A stretch of 64,000 nt of DNA from NCBI GenBank assembly GCA_965644315.1, contig CBFFRQ010000212.1, positions 62,001 to 126,000 on the forward strand. Reading direction: 5' to 3'. The notes beneath the pieces were generated by a model, which searched no databases, was not told the origin of the DNA, and saw only the letters and a program-made list of their open reading frames with translations. Of this stretch, positions 10,832 to 20,131 are shown piece by piece. The DNA is from Caecitellus pseudoparvulus (Eukaryota; Protista; Bigyra: Bicosoecida). The translations under genes and the position numbers were made by a program. Numbering within the stretch: the stretch's first letter is position 1; each line of letters starts with the position of its first letter.

Positions 10832-11611
10832 ATGAATACAAACGAAATTGAAATTTACATAAATAGCGAAATTGATAAATTACCAAGTGAGACCCCATCA
10901 AATTGGACGACTTATTTTAATCAACGCATAGAATTAACAGGTTCAAATACTTATGAATTACAAGTTCAAAGCATCTCAATACCAAATGTGTTTTCAGCGT
11001 TTAACTCTGTTGAGCGTAATATTGAATATTCGTTTGCCAGTCAAGCAACACAATATTTAACAATTGATGCGGAGCGTGTGTTTCAATCATTAAGCGATTT
11101 AACAACATATTTAACAACGCTTTTTAATGATGAGATAGAGTTTAGCATAAATCCAATAACACAACGAATGAAAATCAAGAATACAACAGCAAATACTGTA
11201 TTTCTGTATAACGATGGGGCAAACCACGCTTTTTTTAACAAATTGGGATTTAGCAAGGCATTAAATAATGTTGCTGGACGCATTCAAATTTTAGCAGGCG
11301 ACGAGGTAGAAGGTCAATATTTACCTGTTTTAATTTCAACGCAACGTGTATATGTGACCTGCGACCAAATTATAAATAACAGTATCACCCCTTCAAAATC
11401 AACACCATCAATTTTAGCGTGTGTGGATTTAAATGGCAGTTTCGGTAGTTTTAGCAATTACATCCAACAAAATAACAATTTTTTTAAACACATCATTACA
11501 TCAACCAGTAATTTAAATTACTTATCGTTTTCGTTATTAGATGACCATTATGAACCAATTGAATTATTAGGGAGCGGTGTGCGATTAAGTTTAGTATTAA
11601 GACGCTTTTAA
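10832..11611 (+). CDS. Minor capsid protein (penton)
   Basis: IYINS...NW...F...I.L N-terminus, SISIPN, ILA.V, and C-terminal L.F.LLD....IEL.G....L.L pattern of single jelly-roll pentons. ATG at 10832 preferred over the TTG start. Confidence 0.8.
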   Translation: MNTNEIEIYINSEIDKLPSETPSNWTTYFNQRIELTGSNTYELQVQSISIPNVFSAFNSVERNIEYSFASQATQYLTIDAERVFQSLSDLTTYLTTLFNDEIEFSINPITQRMKIKNTTANTVFLYNDGANHAFFNKLGFSKALNNVAGRIQILAGDEVEGQYLPVLISTQRVYVTCDQIINNSITPSKSTPSILACVDLNGSFGSFSNYIQQNNNFFKHIITSTSNLNYLSFSLLDDHYEPIELLGSGVRLSLVLRRF

Positions 11612-11715
11612 GACGCTTTTAAGAAAAGCGTTAGCAAAAGGGGTTTTAGGGGACATGTCCCCTGCGTAAGCAAAAGGGGTTATAGGGGATAAATCCCCTA
11701 CGCATTTAAAAATGT

Positions 11716-11973
11716 TTGTTTATATTAATGAATATTCAAAATAAAAATGGCGGAAGTCTTCATATTGATGGCGAAGATTTAGTAAATGAAAATTTAAGAT
11801 TATTAAGAAACGAAAACGCACAATTAAATCAAACCATTCAAGATTTAAGAACACGAGTGATTGTTTTAGAAAGTCAAATGGAGAGAGTAAATCAATATTT
11901 ATTTTTATTGAATGAGAGATTTACATTAAAAACAGCAACGACAAACGGCAACACAACTATTTACAATTTCTAA
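11716..11973 (+). CDS. Small coiled-coil protein
   Basis: Heptad stretch ENLRLLRNENAQLNQTIQDLRTRV; probable ATG at 11728. Confidence 0.55.
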   Translation: MFILMNIQNKNGGSLHIDGEDLVNENLRLLRNENAQLNQTIQDLRTRVIVLESQMERVNQYLFLLNERFTLKTATTNGNTTIYNF

Positions 11974-12054
11974 TGGGGGATTCCCCTATAACCCCTTTTG
12001 CCACAGATTTTTTTAAAATCTGTTTTTTTTATAGTAATATATTGTATAAGTAAA

Positions 12055-14499
12055 ATGGAATACAATATGTTTAGCAACAATCTCAATATAAATGGCGAAA
12101 ATATTGAGGACGAAATAAACCAAGACATACAAAATGTTAAAAATGAGATTTTAGACGCATCTCAAAATGTATTCAAAGGAGATGTAATAATTCAAGGCAC
12201 ATTAACCGCACAGGAAGAAATTATCCAAAAAATCACAACATTAGAAACCACAGACGGTCTAATTGAATTAAATATAGACCACACCGCAAACAATCCAAAC
12301 ATAGATTTAGGGTTTTTAGGCAAATACACAAATCAAGATGATGTCTTTAAAAAAGGAATAGCATTTTTAACAGATGATACAGATTTAAGTATTTTAAAAG
12401 ATATAAATAAAGATGTGAGTGATAATATCCAAAATTACCAATTAGCAAATATTAAAATAAGCGACGCAACAGAACCAGAAAACGCCACGACATTACAACA
12501 AGTAAATGATCTCATAAACAATATTGATACATCAGGATTTTTGCGTATTGATGGTTCAAACCATATGACAAATAATTTAAATGTAGCAAACAATAAAGTA
12601 ATAAATCTTTTAACACCTCAGAGCGAAAAGGACGCAACAAATAAAGAATATGTTGATACTAATTTTTTGCGTGTAGATGGTTCAAACCATATGACAAATA
12701 ATTTAAATGTCGCAAACAATAAAATAATAAATGTTTTAACGCCTCAAAGCGCAAAGGACGCCACAAATAAAGAATATGTAGATACTTTGATAAACAATAT
12801 TGATTTAACGGAATATGTAGATATATCAAGCAATCAAACCATAAGCGGAGAAAAGACATTTTCAAATTCGAATGGTATAAACGCAAAATCGTTTCATTTC
12901 ATAAGACCAAGCGACGGCAACACCTCATTTAATCAAATATACATAGATACAGTAGGCAATATTATTTACCAGAATTTAAGCGGAGAAGCAAAGCATATTT
13001 TTCAAACAAATCAAGGAGGACAACTAACGCCAAGAATGGAAATATCACACGAAGTCAATTTACAAACATCCGTAAATATGAACGCACACACAATAGAGAA
13101 TTTAGCAAATCCCACAGAAGCACAAGACGCTGTAAATAAATCATATGTAGATAATAACTTCTTACGAACAGACGGAACAAATGAGATGTTTAATGATTTA
13201 AATATGAACTCACAACACATAACTAATGTAGCAACGCCATTAAGTTCAAGCGACGCAGTCAATAAATCATATGTAGATACAGCAATATCAAATATACCAA
13301 GCAATCCAGATATATCAGGGGTTTTAGTCATTAAAGATGGAATTGATTTTTATGAAAATGTATCAGGGTTTTCTATTTCAAATAATTACAATTTAAATGT
13401 AGTAAATAATGCTTTTGTTTTGAATGCCATTCAAAATCCATCAGGCGTAGCGGACGCAGTTGTATCTGTGAAAAATAATGACAGGCAGGAAGATTGTTTA
13501 ACAATTACGATGGATATATGCGGAAATAATATTGATGTGAATTCAAAAACTTATATGAATGATGTCGGAAAAAGTCCATTTTTAAGCACAAACGCAGGAG
13601 GATTAAGAAACAGGGGTGTATTAAGTATCTTCAACAAAACACCAACCAAAAATACAACCTCATCAGCACCAAATCAACCAAATACGGTTTTATCATTATC
13701 AAGAGACGGTGAAAGTAATGTTGCCAATCCAGCCATTTTAGACATAGCATTAAGCAGTTTTAATCCAGCAGGTAATACAGGCGTTCAAGCAAATAGCAGA
13801 GCATCATTCGTTTTAAATGGTGATTATTCAGGCGACACAGGAAAAGAAGTTTTAAGAATGGATAATACTGGTGATGTGTCCTTATTTGGAAATTTAAATA
13901 TGAACGGACATCAAATTAATGGAATACCATTATTACCAACCTCACCAACAAGCATACCCTCAAAACACTATGTTGATTTAATAGCAGGACGACCATACAC
14001 AACCACAAAAATAATGTCAGGTATAGTATTGTATAATTCTATGGAAACCTACATAAGTGTGCCTATATCCACAAGTGATTTAGGTTCAATACCAATTGGT
14101 AATTATCGTGTAGATGCTGTTGTTACGGAATTTCATACAAACGTTCAAATACAACCACGAGTTATTACCTGTGTATATGATGATAATGACACAGCCAGTC
14201 ATAAACCAAGCAACCCCTTTTTATATTCTAAATTAAATTCTGTGATTGTAGATAGACAGATATTTTTAAACAACGCGCAAGGAATTGTCCCAGAGTATCC
14301 TAATTTTGTATATGGAACGGATTATGTAGCGTGTAATACAAAACATATGTTCCAAAAGACAATAACAAAATCAAGTAATTATTCAACGAGTATAGATATG
14401 TATTATCCTTTGGAATTAAGGCAAAACTCAGGAGGGCAAAACCAGTATAACGTATATTATAAAGTGTTTGTGGAATTAAAATTTACACCAATGAATTAA
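12055..14499 (+). CDS. Fiber/spike-like protein with trimeric-adhesin-type stalk repeats
   Basis: Repeated NKI.N..TP....DA.NK.YVD units, including a near-identical 120-bp tandem duplication (~12540-12785). Confidence 0.75.
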   Translation: MEYNMFSNNLNINGENIEDEINQDIQNVKNEILDASQNVFKGDVIIQGTLTAQEEIIQKITTLETTDGLIELNIDHTANNPNIDLGFLGKYTNQDDVFKKGIAFLTDDTDLSILKDINKDVSDNIQNYQLANIKISDATEPENATTLQQVNDLINNIDTSGFLRIDGSNHMTNNLNVANNKVINLLTPQSEKDATNKEYVDTNFLRVDGSNHMTNNLNVANNKIINVLTPQSAKDATNKEYVDTLINNIDLTEYVDISSNQTISGEKTFSNSNGINAKSFHFIRPSDGNTSFNQIYIDTVGNIIYQNLSGEAKHIFQTNQGGQLTPRMEISHEVNLQTSVNMNAHTIENLANPTEAQDAVNKSYVDNNFLRTDGTNEMFNDLNMNSQHITNVATPLSSSDAVNKSYVDTAISNIPSNPDISGVLVIKDGIDFYENVSGFSISNNYNLNVVNNAFVLNAIQNPSGVADAVVSVKNNDRQEDCLTITMDICGNNIDVNSKTYMNDVGKSPFLSTNAGGLRNRGVLSIFNKTPTKNTTSSAPNQPNTVLSLSRDGESNVANPAILDIALSSFNPAGNTGVQANSRASFVLNGDYSGDTGKEVLRMDNTGDVSLFGNLNMNGHQINGIPLLPTSPTSIPSKHYVDLIAGRPYTTTKIMSGIVLYNSMETYISVPISTSDLGSIPIGNYRVDAVVTEFHTNVQIQPRVITCVYDDNDTASHKPSNPFLYSKLNSVIVDRQIFLNNAQGIVPEYPNFVYGTDYVACNTKHMFQKTITKSSNYSTSIDMYYPLELRQNSGGQNQYNVYYKVFVELKFTPMN

Positions 14500-14543
14500 A
14501 AATCTATTTAGCGTGTAAATAAAATATTTAGTTATATTATAAA

Positions 14544-14999
14544 ATGAGTTATACTGGATACCCAAAGGCGTTAGAACAATTTTTAGAATACAATAAAAGA
14601 GTATTTGAATTAAAAGATGGAAGCGGTAATGATGTGGATATGAACCATATTCTATCAATTGAAGTTCCTGAACCTGCTCCTGCTCCTGCTCCTGAACCTG
14701 CCCCTGCCGACCCCGTTCCTATTGTATTTAGTGAAGGTCAAACTATTAGCATAGATTTTGGTGGTGGATATATAGCACAATCAGTAGTATCTCTTGATGG
14801 TGTCAAAACGCAATTGGTGTTTGACGGACTAATGACTATTACTGAAAATAAAGGATTGGAATTGAATGCTACTGCCCCCGAAGAAGCGTATGTTGATATT
14901 TCAAATAACACAACATATTATGTCTTTTCAAGTGATGGAACATATAAACTTTTCTACAATAATTCTGATTCAGGTGGTGCTACTTGGGAACAAATTTAA
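14544..14999 (+). CDS. Hypothetical protein with PEPAPA linker
   Basis: ORF; Pro-Ala repeat. Confidence 0.6.
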   Translation: MSYTGYPKALEQFLEYNKRVFELKDGSGNDVDMNHILSIEVPEPAPAPAPEPAPADPVPIVFSEGQTISIDFGGGYIAQSVVSLDGVKTQLVFDGLMTITENKGLELNATAPEEAYVDISNNTTYYVFSSDGTYKLFYNNSDSGGATWEQI

Positions 15000-15063
15000 A
15001 AATATACATAAACATAAATTAATTAATTACACAATAAATTATAATATTTAGTTATTGTATAAT

Positions 15064-15648
15064 ATGAGTTTAGACAGTTTTTCAATCCCAACTCCTACTG
15101 GTGTTTTTGGTTATTCTAAATACCTATACGATGTCGTTGAGGGGTTAGTAACCTCTGTAAATGCTAATGCCACAAAAGCAAATGACAGACACGACGCACT
15201 TGTCGTAGATATTAGTGCCGTTGAAACTGCCGCTGCCACTGACCGTGCTGCTATTCGTGGTGAAGTTGCTGATTTTGAAACAGCTGTAGATGCCTCTTTG
15301 AGCGCTCTTCAAACCGCGGTTGATGGTAAAAATGCTGAATTAGACGCGTCTTTAAGCGAACTCTTTACATGGCGGTCTAATAATATAGATGAAATTGCCA
15401 CCGAAGTTGATAAGGCTATTAATTCAAAGGTCAGCCAAACCGCATACGACGCCGTTGTTGCTTCATTACAAAGTGCTGACAGCGCTCTTACAACCTCACT
15501 ATCTGCTGCTATTGCTGATCGCCAATCCAAAGATGTAGAGCACGATGCTAAGTTAGACCAAATTGAAGCATTTATCGCTGCTCTATTAAGCACATACAAT
15601 CTTACCGACGCATCTGGTAATGTATTGACTCAAATAAGCGATTTTTGA
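15064..15648 (+). CDS. Ala-rich coiled-coil protein, probably structural
   Basis: AAATDRAAIR-type heptads; ATG at 15064. Confidence 0.65.
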   Translation: MSLDSFSIPTPTGVFGYSKYLYDVVEGLVTSVNANATKANDRHDALVVDISAVETAAATDRAAIRGEVADFETAVDASLSALQTAVDGKNAELDASLSELFTWRSNNIDEIATEVDKAINSKVSQTAYDAVVASLQSADSALTTSLSAAIADRQSKDVEHDAKLDQIEAFIAALLSTYNLTDASGNVLTQISDF

Positions 15649-15684
15649 TTTAGTAAAATAAATATATTAGTTTAGTATATAACT

Positions 15685-15813
15685 ATGAACAAGTGGATGG
15701 AAGCTTTAAAACAATGGAATAGCAAACATAACAAATCAGGAAAATATCTGATACCCAAGAAAGGTTCAAAAGAATACGAAGCGGTAAGGAAATTAATGGC
15801 GAAAATGAAATAA
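15685..15813 (+). CDS. 42-aa basic protein, homolog of 37813..38031 (absent from the ORF track)
   Basis: Manual translation MNKWMEALKQWNSKHNKSGKYLIPKKGSKEYEAVRKLMAKMK aligns with MVNVWIQALKEYN...LPRKGTKEYEKVRQIM. Confidence 0.8.
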   Translation: MNKWMEALKQWNSKHNKSGKYLIPKKGSKEYEAVRKLMAKMK

Positions 15814-15914
15814 GTATTTTAGCAAAAATTATATTAATTGTTATAAAAATTAATATAGTTTAAAATTGAATTTAAAGAGATTTGAATTCTCTTTAAGTTG
15901 TTTTCATAATATAT

Positions 15915-16157
15915 TTACTCCTTTGTTTCACCCTTCTCTATCGTATTCAATTTAGCAGTCAGTTCTGCCTCCAACCGCTGAATTATTTTATTCTCAATAT
16001 CAACTTTAGTTTGTTCTAAATGGTTATTTAAATCGTCACGAATTTGGTTCGTATCAATCCTACAGGAACTGTTTATAAAATAATGTTTCGATAATTTGTA
16101 TAATACTAATGCTAAACTAACAAATCCAGCGCTACTTAATCCTGTGGTTATATCCAT
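15915..16157 (-). CDS. Small protein with N-terminal hydrophobic (TM) segment
   Basis: GLSSAGFVSLALVLYKL followed by a coiled coil. Confidence 0.6.
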   Translation of the reverse strand: MDITTGLSSAGFVSLALVLYKLSKHYFINSSCRIDTNQIRDDLNNHLEQTKVDIENKIIQRLEAELTAKLNTIEKGETKE

Positions 16158-16202
16158 ATATATTATATTGGTATTTTTAATATTGTAATAATATATATTT
16201 AA

Positions 16203-17027
16203 ATGGCAACCGTATTCTACGAGCTTTTAGAGAGCGCATTAAAGTCGTATGTATTTGATAAATTAACAGCATCAAGTAGAGATGAAATTACCGAGAGATA
16301 TAAAAATAATTACAATCCATTACAAGTAAGCACGATTGGAGACATTCCTCAAAAAATAAAAGTCTCACACGAAGCATATTTATGTGCTTTGATTTGTAAT
16401 GAATGCTTTAAACCAGTAGGAGAGAGAAGTAATGTATTTGATAATCATTACTTTTACGAAAAAAATATGAGTAATGAGCGAATAGCGGTATATTTAAATA
16501 CATTTATTAATAAAACAGCGATTATAGGGATACGAGGGACTGATTTAACAAATACTGATGATATACGAGCAGATATGGGTATAATACAAGGTGATTTTGA
16601 GAATAATAGTAAATTAATGAATATTGTAAATAATACAATAGGGGTGATAAATCGTTTAATTAGCGATGGATATGAACCTGATAATATTACAATTACAGGT
16701 TTTAGTTTGGGCGGAGATGTGGCATTGTATTGTGGAGCAACTTTTAACACATCAAGAATAATAACATTTAACGCAGGTTCAAGTCCATTACAAGATGAGG
16801 TAATATTTAGAAATCCATTAGCAACCAACTATATAGTAAGTGGTGATATAATCTCACAAAATATAGAGCAGGTGTCCCCTCATAATACAGAGGTTCTAAA
16901 TATACCAGTAGGAAGCGCATTAGAAGCACATAAATTAAGCACAATACTCTCTCATATATATAGCGATTATGAAAACCAAAAGAGAGAGCGTGGGCGGTAT
17001 AAGAGTTTGAGTGTAGTAGATTTTTAG
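16203..17027 (+). CDS. Lipase class 3 / alpha-beta hydrolase
   Basis: IGIRGT, D...D, nucleophile elbow TGFSLGG, TFNAG, GDIIS, C-terminal His. Confidence 0.85.
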   Translation: MATVFYELLESALKSYVFDKLTASSRDEITERYKNNYNPLQVSTIGDIPQKIKVSHEAYLCALICNECFKPVGERSNVFDNHYFYEKNMSNERIAVYLNTFINKTAIIGIRGTDLTNTDDIRADMGIIQGDFENNSKLMNIVNNTIGVINRLISDGYEPDNITITGFSLGGDVALYCGATFNTSRIITFNAGSSPLQDEVIFRNPLATNYIVSGDIISQNIEQVSPHNTEVLNIPVGSALEAHKLSTILSHIYSDYENQKRERGRYKSLSVVDF

Positions 17028-17283
17028 AAAATCTATGGCAAAACAGGGAACCGCAAGCGGTTATATTTTTAGGTGGTAAAGTGGAGTATATTTCACACAT
17101 CACACACATTGTTAAAATACTTAGTTCCCAATAAGCAAAAGTCTATTATAGATTATTACTTATTGGGAACTATTCAGGAATTATCTTCTTACATAGGGGG
17201 TTGTAAAATAGATTTCAGTTAAATTAATGGTTCTTTGATAGTTGGTAAAGGTCTTTTCTTATCTCTGGCCCCCTTATCAGTAG

Positions 17284-17408
17284 TGTCTTCATATATGGGT
17301 ATGAATGCTTTTAGGGGGGCCATTAATTCTTGAATACTTAAATTAATGAATTTTGGAATACTTATCTTACTACCCCCTCAAAGGCATTCATACCCATATA
17401 TGAAGACA
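17284..17408. repeat. 25-bp perfect inverted repeat (arms 17284-17308 and 17384-17408)
   Basis: tgtcttcatatatgggtatgaatgc / gcattcatacccatatatgaagaca. Confidence 0.9.
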
Positions 17409-17734
17409 AAGCCTTTAGGGGGGTAGTCATTAATTGTAAAATACTTAAATAAATAAAAAAAAATGAATTGTAAAAAAAATGAAACATACAAAACCATTTA
17501 ATTATTTGGTTCTCTCTATGTGTCTATTTTGTTTTGTAAAAGAGTAAGATCAAAGTATGAATAAACGTGAATGAGGGTGTATGTGAGGGGGTAGAATAAG
17601 GTGTGTGCTCACTCGCTACGCTCGTTGTGCGGTGCCGACCTTGGGAGGCACATTTTGGCGGATGTTGTGAGATAATTAGCAAGGGGACCCCCTTGTGATT
17701 GGCGTCAAAAATGGTCAAAAATGAGATATTTTAG

Positions 17735-17900
17735 AAACCAAACCACAAATGGTGTGAAGAATTGTTGGCGGATTTCATCACAAGACCATAAAAAATAAAT
17801 TTCACACCAGCACACCACAAATGGTCTTTGGCGGATGATTTCATTTCAATCACAAGACCATAAAAATAAATTTGAAGCAACCAAACCACAAATGGTGTCA
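17735..17900. repeat. Imperfect ~70-bp subterminal tandem repeats
   Basis: accacaaatggt x3; tcacaagaccataaaaa(a)taaattt x2; ttggcggat recurring. Confidence 0.8.
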
Positions 17901-17956
17901 AATGAGGCGAGTGATTGACAGACACGAGACGGTGATGGTGTCCAAGAGGCCATGTC

Positions 17957-18036
17957 TGTCACCCGCCATTCAAACCAGTCATCGTCGCCCCTTTATATAT
18001 AGGGGCGACGATGACTGGTTTGAATGGCGGGTGACA
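17957..18036. repeat. Perfect 36-bp inverted repeat with 8-nt TTATATAT loop at the PLV/GC-rich boundary
   Basis: 17957-17992 is the exact reverse complement of 18001-18036. Confidence 0.95.
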
Positions 18037-18054
18037 CACCGGGACAGGCAGTGA

Positions 18055-18330
18055 TCCGTCCCCAGTTCCCCAGAGAGGGCGCGCGCGTTCGATCACCTCC
18101 TGGCGGAGGCAGTCCGAGGAAAAGGCCGTGTGCTCTCGACCCAGGACGGGGCGGACATAACCGCAGCGTTGAAGGCGCACACCGGGGTCGGCCTCGGAGG
18201 CCTGCGGTCAGGCTGCCACAGGTTCTGGGTCCAGCAAGGGCTCCCAGCAGCGGCCATCCACCAACAGGGAGGGTGGGCCCCGACCTCGAACGTTCCCAGC
18301 CTCTACTACTGGGGGCGGTCCGGGGTAGGG
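18055..18330 (+). pseudogene. Tyrosine-recombinase C-terminal fragment (DIRS/Ngaro/Crypton-like)
   Basis: GLRSG...QQGLP...I..QGGW...S.VP..YY resembles the (H)xxR...GxW...Y box; the frame is interrupted upstream by TGA at 18052. Confidence 0.45.
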
Positions 18331-18784
18331 TACAGTCTGCTGCGGGACGCCATGCGGGGCAACAGGCGGCCCAGTCAGGACTCGGGTCGCAGCGAGGCTT
18401 CCTCACGGACAGGGGGCACAACACAGTGGGGGGGTACTCAGAGGACCGGGTCCCTGAGCTCCACCCCTCCGTCCGGCACCGCACGGCCAAGGAGAGGAGA
18501 GGATTGCCCTCCCCGGCGTCCACCAATGGCCAACACCGGTCAGTGGCCCCCCTGGGGGGGGGAGGGGGGGCAAGATGCAAGGGTAAACGATGTGAGATGT
18601 ACGCCTTAACACCTTGGGGCCACCGGGTACGGGAACCCGCCGACTGCAGCACGCCGGTGCCGAGCGCGGGGTCACCGTGGTGTCGGGCGATCTGGCAAGG
18701 ATGCATTGACAACAATGCATTCTAATACCACACCACCCGCTCGAGCGTTCAGCAGAACTTCCCTGAGCCGGAGAGTCGTACATT

Positions 18785-19414
18785 TTGTTCCATGCATTTT
18801 CTGGCAAGTCGCACACCAGCACCTCTCGCCCTCTCTCTGCCGCCTCGAGTTGCAAAGAGAGTGCCGAGTACTGGTATCCGTCCTGGGAGGACGCTCAGGG
18901 CGAGTGCCTCACCCTGCAAGAGGTGAGGCGCCGCCAGAGCGAACGCTTCGCTGCGGTCCAGGACTTTTCTTCCATGGACACCCCCTTTGAATTTTTGAAG
19001 CTACTGGCGTCTTTCAAGGAGCAGTCTCTCCGAAGAGATCATGCGAAGCAAATCGGCAGTCCACTCGAGCCATCCGACACGCGCACGATGGAGGCGTTGC
19101 AGGCCATGTTGGACATCGCCAGAGAGCTGCTCGGAGTACTTCGCGACCACGCATACAGCCTTGCGCGAGATGTGCCGCAGCTTCCAGTGGACGCGAAGTG
19201 GCATACGCTAGGTTGCCCGCAGCTGTACATCGTTGCTGCCGTGCTAGGGCCGATGTGGACCTACCTGCGAGGGGAGGACGGCTGCGCCATAAGCTGGGGC
19301 TTCGTCACGAGGGCATTCCGGGACTCAATGATGAAATGCCAGGAGAACCTGGCGGAGAAGATAAAAGAGCGCGTTGAAGAGGCCCTGCATGCACGTTCAC
19401 TCCCTGTTGCTGTT
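18785..19414 (+). pseudogene. GC-rich ORF interrupted by the virophage insertion (continues at 42586..42711)
   Basis: Removing the element and one TSD copy rejoins ...LPVAV to TAAAGATATHSVAMDSG... in frame for 41 more codons. Confidence 0.5.
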
Positions 19415-19998
19415 GGGGGACAATAAATCCATAAATGAATTTATGAGCGATATGTCTCAACTGCTGCCGCAGTTTGCGACTAAAAACAGATATATTTTTA
19501 TACTATATTTTTAGACTATATCTATAAATATTATTCTTAGATATATTTATATTATATCTATAACACTTATTAGACACTATCCCTATAAAAACAATCTCTT
19601 ATAAACCCTTTAATATATTTTTTACTTACTTTTTACTACTATTTTATAAGTGTTATCTTAAGGGTTATCACTACAATAAATAGAAATAATATAAAAAATA
19701 TAATAAATATATATATATATATTTTTTCTGAGACTATTCTTAGCCCTTATCTGACAATCAGTCAAAACAAAATTGAAGCAATCAACCATCCATCCAAACA
19801 CCCTATTTTAGAAACAATCAAAGGAGGCGAAATGACAAAATAAAAAGATACATTTTAAATCACTTATTCATATATCATTTAACACTAAATCCATTATAAC
19901 CCTTAACACTTAATCACTAAATCACTTAATCACTAAATCAGACATAGCGTGGGGCGTGTGCGAATATATAATAAAAAACACTCTCTCACATTTTAAAA
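19415..19998 (+). repeat. Left terminal inverted repeat (584 bp)
   Basis: Begins GGGGGACAATAAATCC; reverse complement of 41997-42580 with one mismatch noticed at 19855. Confidence 0.95.
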
Positions 19999-20131
19999 TA
20001 TAAAATATGAAAATCATAAAAATATATCTATGATAAAATATCTAAGAAAATTTCAAAAATCTCTAGAAAAAAAAATTCTAAAATAAAAAAATATGTTTAA
20101 AGAAAAAATATTTTATCTAGTATATTATATA

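Larger units (their letters stand above)
1..17992 (+). mobile_element. Endogenous Polinton-like virus (left end outside window; right end approximately 17,900-17,992)
   Basis: AT-rich, intronless, gene-dense block with rve integrase, D5 primase-helicase, A32-type ATPase, PLV-sized MCP, penton, fiber and lipase. Abrupt switch to GC-rich DNA at ~17.9-18.0 kb. Confidence 0.85.

Noticed and set aside
17735-17900. Possible CRISPR-like array
   Set aside because: Only 2-3 degenerate units whose intervening sequences are themselves repeated; no cas genes; eukaryotic viral context.
19769-19776. AAAATTGA early-promoter motif in the TIR
   Set aside because: Expected by chance in such AT-rich DNA and far from any ATG; the copy at 5397 is also only weak evidence.
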